DNA of 64,000 bases. Source: an uncultured Acidobacteriota bacterium (GTDB lineage: Bacteria; Acidobacteriota; Vicinamibacteria; Vicinamibacterales; UBA2999). Below the pieces are notes generated by a model. That model did no database searches, was not told the origin of the DNA, and worked only from the letters and a program-made list of their open reading frames with translations. Shown here in pieces: positions 9,116 to 18,026 of this stretch; within the stretch, counting starts at the first letter, position 1, and every line of letters begins with the position of its first letter. The DNA is taken from positions 60,215 to 124,214 of the forward strand of contig CAVUHC010000004.1 of the NCBI GenBank assembly GCA_963741135.1, written 5' to 3'. The position numbers and the translations under genes were made by a program.

Positions 9116-10563
9116 ACGTTCCATTTCTGATCATTGGAGCAGGCCCAACGGGCCTTGGCGCGGCGTGGCGTCTCCAGCAGCGCGGCATCCACGATTGGAA
9201 GCTGCTGGAGGCGGGGTTCGTACCAGGCGGTCTCGCGCGTTCAGTCGTCGATGACCATGGATTTACCTGGGACCTCGGTGGGCACGTGCAGTTCAGCCAC
9301 TACGAGATGTTCGACCAGCTCATGGACGACCTCCTGGGCGTCGACGGCTGGCTGTATCACGACCGCGAGTCGTGGGTCTGGATCCGCGACCGGTTCGTCC
9401 CTTATCCGTTTCAGCTCAACCTTCACCGTCTACCGGGACCAGAGATCGCGACGTGCCTCCACGGGTTGGAACACGCGGCCGCATCCGCCTCCACATCGAG
9501 CGTGCTGCCCGCGAATTTCGGCGAGTGGATTACACGCACCTTCGGCGATGGCATCGCCGAGCTGTTCATGCGCCCGTACAACGGCAAGGTCTGGGCCCGG
9601 GACCCGGAGCTGATGGATTGGCGGTGGATTGGCGATCGGGTGGCTGTAGCGGACGTCGCCCGTGTCCGCGAGAACCTGCGCCTGCATCGCGACGACGTGT
9701 CGTGGGGACCGAACAATCGCTTCCGATTTCCGCGCCGTGGCGGCACGGGCGCCGTCTGGCACGCGCTCGCGGACCAGTTGACGCAGCGCGCTCCAGTGCA
9801 CGACTCGCCCCTGATGTTCGGCGCAAGCGTGAAGCACGTCGACACGACGGCACGTCGCGTGGCGCTCGCCGACGGACGCGAGATCGGATACGACACCCTG
9901 ATTTCGACGATGCCCCTGGACCGCCTCATTGGGATGAGCGACCTCGCCCGCGACCTGCGGGCAGCCGCGCGCGATCTCGAGTACTCCTCCACGCACGTCG
10001 TCGGCGTCGGGTTGCACGGCAATGCTCCCGAGGCCCTCGCGCAGAAATGCTGGATGTACTTCCCCGAGTCGAATTGCCCCTTCTACCGGGTCACACATTT
10101 CTCGCTCTATTCACCGAACAACGTTCCGGACCCCTCGACGCAATGGTCCCTGATGGCGGAAGTGTCGGAGTCGGTTCACCGGCCGGTGGACAGCAGGACC
10201 GTCGCCGCTGACGTCGTGCGCGGGCTTATCGCCACCCGGCTGATTGAGTCGGAGGCGCAGGTGCATCACGTATGGCACATGCGCCTCGAGCACGGGTACC
10301 CCGTGCCGTCGCTGCATCGCGATCGAGGCCTGAGCGACACTGAATCGACGCTCGCCGCGCGCGGCGTGTTCAGCCGCGGCCGTTTCGGCGCGTGGAAGTA
10401 TGAAGTGTCGAACCAGGACCACAGCTTTGCCCAGGGAGTGGAAGCCGTTGATGCGCGGCTCGATGGCGCAGAGGAAGTGACGCTGAAGCGCCCCGAGGTG
10501 GTCAACGCCTGGCGCCCGCGCCCTGCTGTCCACGCGCCTGTGTCAACGGCGGGGCGCCGCTGA
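9112..10563 (+). CDS. glf: UDP-galactopyranose mutase, eukaryote-type flavoenzyme
   Basis: GTGA overlap start. Rossmann motif IIGAGPTGLGAAWRL. GGHVQFSHY..FD, VPYPFQLN, LFMRPYNGKVWA, FRFPRRGGTG, YSSTHVVGVGL, KCWMYFPESNCPFYRVT, GYPVPSL and SRGRFGAWKYEVSNQDHSFAQGVEAVD follow, block by block, the fungal/protozoan UGM sequence as I recall it. Confidence 0.75.
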   Translation: MNVPFLIIGAGPTGLGAAWRLQQRGIHDWKLLEAGFVPGGLARSVVDDHGFTWDLGGHVQFSHYEMFDQLMDDLLGVDGWLYHDRESWVWIRDRFVPYPFQLNLHRLPGPEIATCLHGLEHAAASASTSSVLPANFGEWITRTFGDGIAELFMRPYNGKVWARDPELMDWRWIGDRVAVADVARVRENLRLHRDDVSWGPNNRFRFPRRGGTGAVWHALADQLTQRAPVHDSPLMFGASVKHVDTTARRVALADGREIGYDTLISTMPLDRLIGMSDLARDLRAAARDLEYSSTHVVGVGLHGNAPEALAQKCWMYFPESNCPFYRVTHFSLYSPNNVPDPSTQWSLMAEVSESVHRPVDSRTVAADVVRGLIATRLIESEAQVHHVWHMRLEHGYPVPSLHRDRGLSDTESTLAARGVFSRGRFGAWKYEVSNQDHSFAQGVEAVDARLDGAEEVTLKRPEVVNAWRPRPAVHAPVSTAGRR

Positions 10564-10564
10564 C

Positions 10565-11395
10565 ATGACGCTCATGACGCCGATCCGGCGCCTCGTGCGT
10601 GACGTGCAGCGCGATCTCTGGCCGACACCGGAGCATGCGGTGCTCCAGGAGCTGGAGCGCCGGGCCCAGCGCGAATCCCGACGTACACCCGGCGAGATCT
10701 CGATCGCGCCGTACCGTCTCGAATATGCCGACGCGATGTCGGCGTGGCCGCAGTGGGATGACATCTTCGTCCGCCAGATGCTCGCGTTCGAGACGAATGA
10801 GCGCGAGCCGCGCATCATCGACTGCGGCGCGAACATCGGCCTCGCGTCTCTGTACTACTCGCGCCAGTACCCCCACGCGAGACTCACATCGATCGAAGCG
10901 GACCCCGCGCTCGCCGCCATCTGCGAGCGGAACCTGGCGCGGAACGGCTGCATGCAGTTCGATGTCAAGGCGGCGGCAGCCTGGACCGCCCACGGAGAAA
11001 CTGAATTCATCTGCGAGGGCGCGGACTCCGGCATGCTCGCGTCGCTCGGATCGCCGGTCACCGGGACCGCGCGCATGGTACCGACCCTGCGGCTGCGAGA
11101 CTATCTCGACGACACCGTCGATCTGCTCAAGATTGATATCGAAGGCGCAGAACGGCCGGTCCTTGAAGACTGCGCGGATCTACTCGAGAACGTGCGAGCC
11201 CTGGCGATTGAGGTGCACGAGTTCGATCCAGCGCATCGTCAGACAGGCGCAATCATCGAGCTGCTCGGACGGGCGGGATTCACGTTCGCGATGTCGAACC
11301 TCTGTCCCCTTCCCTGGCGGTCCTCGCTATCCGCGGCTCCTTTTCCAGGCGCGCCGCCTGTGTGGGCGGTTGCAGTCTTCGCATGGCGAGCGTGA
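10565..11395 (+). CDS. FkbM-family methyltransferase
   Basis: IIDCGANIGLASLYY and VDLLKIDIEGAERPVL are FkbM (Methyltransf_21) signatures. Confidence 0.8.
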   Translation: MTLMTPIRRLVRDVQRDLWPTPEHAVLQELERRAQRESRRTPGEISIAPYRLEYADAMSAWPQWDDIFVRQMLAFETNEREPRIIDCGANIGLASLYYSRQYPHARLTSIEADPALAAICERNLARNGCMQFDVKAAAAWTAHGETEFICEGADSGMLASLGSPVTGTARMVPTLRLRDYLDDTVDLLKIDIEGAERPVLEDCADLLENVRALAIEVHEFDPAHRQTGAIIELLGRAGFTFAMSNLCPLPWRSSLSAAPFPGAPPVWAVAVFAWRA

Positions 11396-12579
11396 CCGAT
11401 CCGAGCGTGGTGTACGTCCTTCCGGACAAGATGGGAGGGGTCATCAGCCTCACGGCGTACCTTCTCGACGCCAGGCGGCCGGACGCCTTTCGGCATGTCG
11501 CGGTGCTGACACACAACTCGCTGTCGACCGACGAGCGGTACGGGGAGTCGCTCAACGCCGATGCGCAGACAGTCGTCGAGTACGCGCTGCCGCTCGAGAA
11601 TCTTCACGCCGTGCTGAACCGGTTGCGGCGCGCGATACCTCGTGGGGAAGGCGTCCTCGTCGCCAACGATCTGCTGGAGCTTGCGCTGGCGTCCGCGTTC
11701 GACTGTAACCGCGCCGTTATTCAGAACATGCACGGCGACAATGACTACTACTACGACCTCGCCGCGCGGCATGAAAACGTGATCGATGCTTTCGTTGCGT
11801 ACGGCGCGACGATAGAGCGGAAGCTGAAAGCGCGGCTGCCTCACCGCAAGGCGGACATTTACCTGCTGCCGTACGGGCTGCCCGAGCCGCCGCGCCGGCG
11901 AGCGCCGGAACCGGGACCCCTTCGCCTCCTGTTTGCCGGCCGGTACGAACACGGCCAGAAGGGCGTCCTCGATCTTCCGTTGATCGACCACGCACTCGCC
12001 GAACGCGGCGTGGACGTGTCGTGGACGATGATCGGCGCCGGTCCGGACGAGACGAAGCTCCGCGACACGTGGCGCAGCCCGCGCGTCACCTTTCTCGGAA
12101 GGAAGTCGAGCGTCGAAGTCGTTGACATCGCGTCGAGGCACGATGTGTTCGTTCTGCCAACCCGCTATGAGGGTTTGCCGGTCGCGCTGCTCGAAGCGAT
12201 GAGCGTCGGGCTTGTCCCGGTCGTCAGCAACGTGGAAAGCGGCGTCGCCGAGATCCTGTCGGACGGACGGACCGCGATCCTGCCGCCCGTGGGGGACATC
12301 GGTGCGTTTTCCGACGCGATTGCCGCCCTCGACCGGAATCGATCGTTGCTCGAGTCGATCGGCGAGGCGGCGTGGAGGTACGTGGCCACGCATCACGACG
12401 CTCACGCGCGCACCGATGCCTACCAGGCACTGCTTGCACGGTACCGCGAGCTGCGAAGACCTCGTCCCGCCCATGTGGTCCTTCCGTACCGGACCCGACT
12501 GGATCGGCCCTGGCTTCCGAACATCGCCGTGCGGACCGTGCGTGGCTTGATTCGGCGCGCACAGGGACGAGCGCTGTAA
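11383..12579 (+). CDS. glycosyltransferase family 4-like
   Basis: ATG at 11383 (MASVTDPSVVYVLPDKMGGV). C-terminal VFVLPTRYEGLPVALLEAMSVGLVPVVSNVESGVAEIL carries the E-x7-E Glycos_transf_1 motif. Confidence 0.75.
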   Translation: MASVTDPSVVYVLPDKMGGVISLTAYLLDARRPDAFRHVAVLTHNSLSTDERYGESLNADAQTVVEYALPLENLHAVLNRLRRAIPRGEGVLVANDLLELALASAFDCNRAVIQNMHGDNDYYYDLAARHENVIDAFVAYGATIERKLKARLPHRKADIYLLPYGLPEPPRRRAPEPGPLRLLFAGRYEHGQKGVLDLPLIDHALAERGVDVSWTMIGAGPDETKLRDTWRSPRVTFLGRKSSVEVVDIASRHDVFVLPTRYEGLPVALLEAMSVGLVPVVSNVESGVAEILSDGRTAILPPVGDIGAFSDAIAALDRNRSLLESIGEAAWRYVATHHDAHARTDAYQALLARYRELRRPRPAHVVLPYRTRLDRPWLPNIAVRTVRGLIRRAQGRAL

Positions 12580-13889
12580 TGCGCATCGTCCAGGCCGCGG
12601 GCTGGTACTTTCCGAACAGTGCAGGCGGCACTGAGGTGTACGTCTCCGAACTGTCCGATCGCCTGCGCGCGGCCGGGCATGACGTGCATATTTCGGCGCC
12701 CGAAACGCTTGGACACGACGAGCGCACCTACGACCACGGCGGCGTGCCGGTGTACCGGTATCCGATTCCGCTGGGCGTGACGCGCGACGAGGCGCAGGGC
12801 CGCGTGGCGGTTCGCGGCGCCGAACGGTTCCACGAGTGGCTGCAGCGGATGCGTCCAGACGTCGTGCACATGCACACCTACGTGACGGGCCTCGGGCTGA
12901 ATGAGCTCCGCGTCGCTAAAGCCGCCGGAGCACGCGTCATCGTGACAACGCACGCGGCAAGCCTCGGGTTCACCTGCCAGCGCGGAACGATGATGCGATG
13001 GGGCCGCACGTTGTGCGACGGCAAGGTGAGCGCATTCAAATGCGTTCCGTGCTACCTCGAGCACCGTGGCGTGCCCCGCCCGCTCGGATACATGGCCGCG
13101 CTGATCCCGCCGCCGCTGAGCGCACTGGGACGGTACATGAATGGCCGTGCCGCCACGTTCCTTGGGATGACTGACTTGGTTGCCTACAATCGCGACTCGC
13201 AGCATGAGCTGCTCGAGCTTGCCGATCGATTTGTCGTGCTCACCGACTGGGCCCGCGACGTGCTCGTCGCCAACGGCGCGCCCCCTGACAAGATCGTCAT
13301 CAACCGTCTCGGTATTCGGTACTTCGGAATGGAGAAGACGCGCGGATTGTCGACGCAGCCGCTGACGATCGCTTACATTGGCCGATTCGATCCAATCAAA
13401 GGTGTCGATGACTTCGCGCGCGCGATTGCTCACACGCCGCGATCGGCCCCGATCCATTTCCGGTTCCACGGCCCCGTTCGCAACACCGCGGAGCTTGCCG
13501 TCCTGGAGAGCTTGAAGAAGATCGTCGGACCGAACGCATGGGTCACGTTCGGAGGCGAGCTCGATGCGGAAGGCGTTCGGCGCGCGCTGGCCGGAATAGA
13601 CGTGATGTGTTGCCCCTCGCGCGTGGTCGAGGGAGGCCCGACGATCGCGCTCGAGGCGATGGCCGCTGGCGTGCCCGTGGTCGGGACCAATGTTCCCGGG
13701 ATCTCGGAGATCGTGACCGACGGCGTGACGGGCCGTCTCGTCGCGCCCGGCGACCCGCGCGCGCTCGCGGCGGTCTTCGCCGAGCTGGCGGCCGATCCCG
13801 GCGTGATCGATCGGTGGCGTGCCGCGCTTCCGGCCGTCCGTACGATGGATGACGTGACGAACGACTACCTCGAGATGTACGCCGCATGA
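12579..13889 (+). CDS. glycosyltransferase family 4
   Basis: TAATG overlap start gives MRIVQAAGWYFPNSAGGTEVYV. CCPSRVVEGGPTIALEAMAAGVPVVGTNVPGISEIVTDGVTGRLV. Confidence 0.8.
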   Translation: MRIVQAAGWYFPNSAGGTEVYVSELSDRLRAAGHDVHISAPETLGHDERTYDHGGVPVYRYPIPLGVTRDEAQGRVAVRGAERFHEWLQRMRPDVVHMHTYVTGLGLNELRVAKAAGARVIVTTHAASLGFTCQRGTMMRWGRTLCDGKVSAFKCVPCYLEHRGVPRPLGYMAALIPPPLSALGRYMNGRAATFLGMTDLVAYNRDSQHELLELADRFVVLTDWARDVLVANGAPPDKIVINRLGIRYFGMEKTRGLSTQPLTIAYIGRFDPIKGVDDFARAIAHTPRSAPIHFRFHGPVRNTAELAVLESLKKIVGPNAWVTFGGELDAEGVRRALAGIDVMCCPSRVVEGGPTIALEAMAAGVPVVGTNVPGISEIVTDGVTGRLVAPGDPRALAAVFAELAADPGVIDRWRAALPAVRTMDDVTNDYLEMYAA

Positions 13890-14815
13890 AGGTTCCGACC
13901 GGACCGCTGGGACGCCTGGCCAAGCACGGGCTGCACTCGACGGGTTACTACCATCACCGGCTTGCGCAGGTCGAGTTCCCAGGCGTGGCGGTCCTCTGCT
14001 ATCACGGGATCCGAGGCGACGGGACGGGAGACCTGCCGTTCCGCGATCTCCACGTGGACCGCAGCGCGTTCGAAGGCCACTGCCGCATCCTCCGCGAATG
14101 TTGTTCGCCCATCTCAACCGCGCAGCTGGTCGCCGCGCTGAATGGCGCATCGCTGCCGCCACGACCCGTCCTCGTCACGTTCGATGACGGATATCGGAGC
14201 GTGCTGGATTTCGGGTTGCCGATTCTTGAACAGTACGAGATCCCGGCGGCGGTGTTCGTCTGCGTGGAACCGATCGTGCGGCGCGAACATTTCTGGTACG
14301 ACAGCGTGTATCGCGCGCGCGGCAACGAAGCCGTCGCCGCCGCACGCCGATTCGCGACTGCCGAATGGCGAACGATGGCGAAAGCCACCGCGACTCCGGC
14401 GCATGCCTCGGATGTGCACCGTCCGATGACGACCGACGAGCTTCAGCGCCTTGCGGCAAGTCCGTTCATCGAGATCGGCGGACATACGATGACGCATCTC
14501 ACGCTCGCGAATGCCGGTGTCGAGGAGCAGCGGGACGAGATCGAAAAGTGTCGAGACTTCTTGACGGCGCTGGTGGGAAAGATCCCCGCGGGGTTCGCCT
14601 ATCCGTACGGGCTGCGCCCGGACGACTATTCAGCGGATACGGTCGCGTTGGTCGCGGCTGCCGGATTCAAGTACGGGTTCTCGACGTGTCAGCAGTTTGC
14701 CGGGCGTGACTCCAGCCCATTCGAAATTCCACGGTTCGTGATGGTCGACGGGATTGACGAAGCTGAGCTTGCCCATCGCCTTGCCCATTCGTGGCACGTG
14801 GCGCCGCCCGTATGA
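13886..14815 (+). CDS. polysaccharide deacetylase family protein (NodB-type)
   Basis: ATGA overlap. VLVTFDDGYRSV (the TFDDG motif) and GGHTMTHLTL. Confidence 0.8.
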   Translation: MKVPTGPLGRLAKHGLHSTGYYHHRLAQVEFPGVAVLCYHGIRGDGTGDLPFRDLHVDRSAFEGHCRILRECCSPISTAQLVAALNGASLPPRPVLVTFDDGYRSVLDFGLPILEQYEIPAAVFVCVEPIVRREHFWYDSVYRARGNEAVAAARRFATAEWRTMAKATATPAHASDVHRPMTTDELQRLAASPFIEIGGHTMTHLTLANAGVEEQRDEIEKCRDFLTALVGKIPAGFAYPYGLRPDDYSADTVALVAAAGFKYGFSTCQQFAGRDSSPFEIPRFVMVDGIDEAELAHRLAHSWHVAPPV

Positions 14816-16053
14816 GCAGGAAGGTCTGCCTCGTGACGGCGGGTCATCTTTCGACCTGCCCACGCATGCTGAAGGCAGCCGATGCGCTGCACACAGCCGG
14901 GTACGCAGTGCGGGTCGTCAGCGCGGTGCACACGCCATGGGCATTCGAGGCCGATACGCGCCTGGTCGGCACCCGTCAGTGGAAGTGGCGCCCGGTGCCC
15001 TACGGGCGCCAGTATGCATTCGGCGCATGGCTGCGCTCGGGTGTGCGGCACCGCATCGCGCGGACCCTGGCCTCGGTATCGCCGCAGTCAGCGCCAGCCG
15101 GCATCGTGTCGGAGGCGTTTGCGCGGGCACATCGTGAGCTGGTGACCGCGGTGCTCGAGGAGCGCGCCGATTTGATCTATGGCGGTTCGACCGGCGCCAT
15201 TGCAGCCGCCGCCGAGGCCGGGAGGCGTAGTGGGACTCCCTTCGGCGTCGATTTCGAAGACTTCCATTGCGACGAGCAGGATCCCGAAGACGGTCGGCTC
15301 TCGAACGCACTGGGCGGACCGATCATGCGGCTCGCGGCTGATGGCGCATCGTTTGTCACCGCTGGAAGCGCCGCTATCGCGCGCGCGTGCGCGGACGAAT
15401 TCGGCATCAATGCGATCGCCATCAACAACGTCTTCCCCTTGCCCTCGACGCCGCCCGCGGACCGCGATCGTCAGGGGCAGAAGGAGCTGCGGTTGTACTG
15501 GTTCAGCCAGACGATCGGGCGGAGACGCGGACTCGAAGACATTGTGCGCGCCGTCGGGCTGATAGGCCGCCCTGCAACGTTGTACCTCCGCGGTAGCCCT
15601 GCAGCGGGCTATATGTCGACGCTGGAACATTATTCGAGGCAGGCGGCGCCCTCGCTGCGTATTGAAGTACTGCCGCCGTCGGCACCGGATTCGATGATCG
15701 ACGAGTGCCGACCGTTCGACGTCGGCATTGCGGCCGAGGGTGGGCACGTGCGCAACCGCCGTCTGAGTCTTTCGAACAAGGCGCTGACCTATCCGCTGGC
15801 CGGGCTTCCGGTTGCACTCACCGACACACCGGGGCAGCGCCCGCTCGCCGACGATCTCGGCGAAGGCGCACTGCTGTTCGCGGCCGGTGACGCGCAATCG
15901 CTTGCCGCCTCGCTGGGACGCATCGCCGACGATCCGCGCGCGATGTCTCGCGCCCGCGAGGCAAGTTGGGAGGCCGCGAAGCGGCGCTGGCACTGGGAGC
16001 ATCCCGCCGAGCGCGATGCGCTCCTGGCAACGATCGGACGTGCCGTTGGCTGA
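14812..16053 (+). CDS. glycosyltransferase (GT-B-like)
   Basis: ATGA overlap start gives MSRKVCLVTAGHLSTCPRMLKAADAL. Two-domain GT-B-like layout. No sharp family motif. Confidence 0.55.
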   Translation: MSRKVCLVTAGHLSTCPRMLKAADALHTAGYAVRVVSAVHTPWAFEADTRLVGTRQWKWRPVPYGRQYAFGAWLRSGVRHRIARTLASVSPQSAPAGIVSEAFARAHRELVTAVLEERADLIYGGSTGAIAAAAEAGRRSGTPFGVDFEDFHCDEQDPEDGRLSNALGGPIMRLAADGASFVTAGSAAIARACADEFGINAIAINNVFPLPSTPPADRDRQGQKELRLYWFSQTIGRRRGLEDIVRAVGLIGRPATLYLRGSPAAGYMSTLEHYSRQAAPSLRIEVLPPSAPDSMIDECRPFDVGIAAEGGHVRNRRLSLSNKALTYPLAGLPVALTDTPGQRPLADDLGEGALLFAAGDAQSLAASLGRIADDPRAMSRAREASWEAAKRRWHWEHPAERDALLATIGRAVG

Positions 16054-16726
16054 CATCGCAGGAGTGCTCCTCAATATCGGCAGCGGACCGGCGGTCGCGC
16101 CGGGGTGGATCAGCATTGACGGGTCGTGGCAGGCACGATTGGCCGGCCGCCCGATGGCCGCGCGCGTCGTATCGCTGCTGACGGGACGCCAGGTCGGTCA
16201 TTGGCCGGCGGGCATTCGCTGTCTCGACGTCCGTCGCGGCTTGCCGTTCGCCGACAGCTCGGCCAGCGTCGTCTACAGCTCGCACATGATCGAGCACCTC
16301 TTCCGCGACGAAGCGGGCGCGTTCCTGCGTGACGCACTTCGCGTGCTCGTTCCCGGCGGCATCTGTCGCATCGTCGTGCCGGACATGCGTTCCATGGTCC
16401 AGTGGTACGTGGAACGGAACGGAGCGGCGCCAGCCAACGGCGAGGCACCCAGCAGCGACAGGTTGATGGAGATGCTCGGCGTGTCGTCACCGTCGGCGCC
16501 GCCGCGATCGATCCTGGGCGCCTACCGTCGTCTGACAGACTTCGATCGCCACAAGTGGATGTATGACGAGCTCGGCTTGATCGCGCTGTTCCGCGAATCG
16601 GGGTTCGCCTGCCCGGTTGCCCGCGGCCCTCTCGAGAGTGACATCCCGCGTGACGTGTTGGCGGCCGTGGAGAAACGGGAACGCATGGACGGCGGAGCAG
16701 GCATCTGCGTGGAGGCGCGCAAGTAG
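16040..16726 (+). CDS. class I SAM-dependent methyltransferase
   Basis: GTG at 16040. LNIGSGP (motif I) ...VVYSSHMIEHL...VLVPGGICRIVVPD fits the Methyltransf_11/23 pattern. Confidence 0.65.
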   Translation: MPLADIAGVLLNIGSGPAVAPGWISIDGSWQARLAGRPMAARVVSLLTGRQVGHWPAGIRCLDVRRGLPFADSSASVVYSSHMIEHLFRDEAGAFLRDALRVLVPGGICRIVVPDMRSMVQWYVERNGAAPANGEAPSSDRLMEMLGVSSPSAPPRSILGAYRRLTDFDRHKWMYDELGLIALFRESGFACPVARGPLESDIPRDVLAAVEKRERMDGGAGICVEARK

Positions 16727-16727
16727 C

Positions 16728-18026
16728 ATGCGCCGCCTGCTGATGATCTCGCCGCACTTTCCGCCCGACAGCAGCGCGGGAACACATCGCGTGCGGCTTC
16801 TCGCGCCACATCTGTCCGACTACGGTTGGGAGCCGACGGTGCTGACGGTGGCGGAACAGGACTATGAAGGCCGGCTCGACCTCGACCTCGCGAGCCTCGT
16901 GCCCCCGTCACTGCGGGTGGTGCGCGCCCGGGCGCTGTCGGCGCACCTGACACGCGCCGTGGGGCTGGGCGATCTCGGCCTTCGAGCGCTGCCAGGCCTG
17001 CGCCGCGCCGCATGGGATCTGCTCGAGCGCGATCGATTCGATGCGGTGTTCATCACGATTTATCCGACTTACCCGGCGGTGCTCGGCCCGATGATCAAGC
17101 GTCGCTTCGGCATGCCCTTCGTCCTGGACTACCAGGATCCGTGGGTGGGTGCCTGGGGGCGCGACGTCGGCGGCGGCGCGAACGGTGCCGTGGACTTCAA
17201 GAGCCGATCGACGCGCGCAATTGGCGAGCGGATCGAGCCGCGCGTCCTTCGAGCCGCCGACGGCGTGACGGCGGTTTCTTCGCGGACGTACGAGGACGCG
17301 TTGCGGCGCACCGGCGCCGCTCCGAGGGAAGTCGCGGAGATTCCCATTGGCTGGGACGCTGCGGATGGCGACGCACTGGCGCATCGCGGCAACGCGCCGT
17401 GTCTCATCCCGGACGACGGGCGCGTGAACATCTGTTACACCGGTACGCTGCTCCCGCTTGGCGTCGAGACCCTCCGCGCCGTGCTCCTTGCCGCCCGGCG
17501 TGTGATCGAACAGCACCCGCAACTGCACGATCGTCTGCGGTTCTATTTCTTTGGCACGAGCAACCAGTCGGCCTCGACCGAGTATCGCGTGATGGCCCAC
17601 GCCCGCGAGTGCGGCGTCGAGGACATCGTGCACGAACATCCGGCGCGCCTCGACTATCTCGACGCCCTTGCCGCGCTGCGGCAGGCGTCGGCATTGCTGT
17701 TGATGGGCAGCTCGGAGGCCCATTACACGGCGAGCAAGATTTTCCCAGCGCTGCTCGCAGACCGGCCGACGCTTGCCGTGTATCACGAGGCGAGTACCGT
17801 TGTCGACATCTTCAGCGCCGTCGCGCCCCTGCCGGCGGGTCATCTCGTCACCTACAGTGACGAGCATCCAGCCGACCACGCCGTCGATCGCATTGCTGCG
17901 GCGATGATGGAGATCGTCGGGGTAGCCGGACGGCCAGTTCGCATGTGCCGCGAGGCGTTGGCGCCCTGGTCGGCGTCCACACTCGCTCGCCGTCTTGCGG
18001 CCGTCTGCGATGGAGTGGCCGCATGA
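16728..18026 (+). CDS. glycosyltransferase (GT4-like N-terminal domain)
   Basis: ATG at 16728 gives MRRLLMISPHFPPDSSAGTHRVRLLAPHLSDYGWEPTVLT, which is typical of the Glyco_trans_4 N-terminus. Confidence 0.6.
   Translation: MRRLLMISPHFPPDSSAGTHRVRLLAPHLSDYGWEPTVLTVAEQDYEGRLDLDLASLVPPSLRVVRARALSAHLTRAVGLGDLGLRALPGLRRAAWDLLERDRFDAVFITIYPTYPAVLGPMIKRRFGMPFVLDYQDPWVGAWGRDVGGGANGAVDFKSRSTRAIGERIEPRVLRAADGVTAVSSRTYEDALRRTGAAPREVAEIPIGWDAADGDALAHRGNAPCLIPDDGRVNICYTGTLLPLGVETLRAVLLAARRVIEQHPQLHDRLRFYFFGTSNQSASTEYRVMAHARECGVEDIVHEHPARLDYLDALAALRQASALLLMGSSEAHYTASKIFPALLADRPTLAVYHEASTVVDIFSAVAPLPAGHLVTYSDEHPADHAVDRIAAAMMEIVGVAGRPVRMCREALAPWSASTLARRLAAVCDGVAA

Noticed and set aside
12420-14162. 580-aa ORF on the minus strand
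   Set aside because: It lies antisense to two motif-supported genes (GT4 at 12579..13889 and the deacetylase at 13886..14815). Its composition is dominated by Arg/Ala/Gly/Pro with no recognisable motif. This is the typical high-GC antisense ORF artefact.
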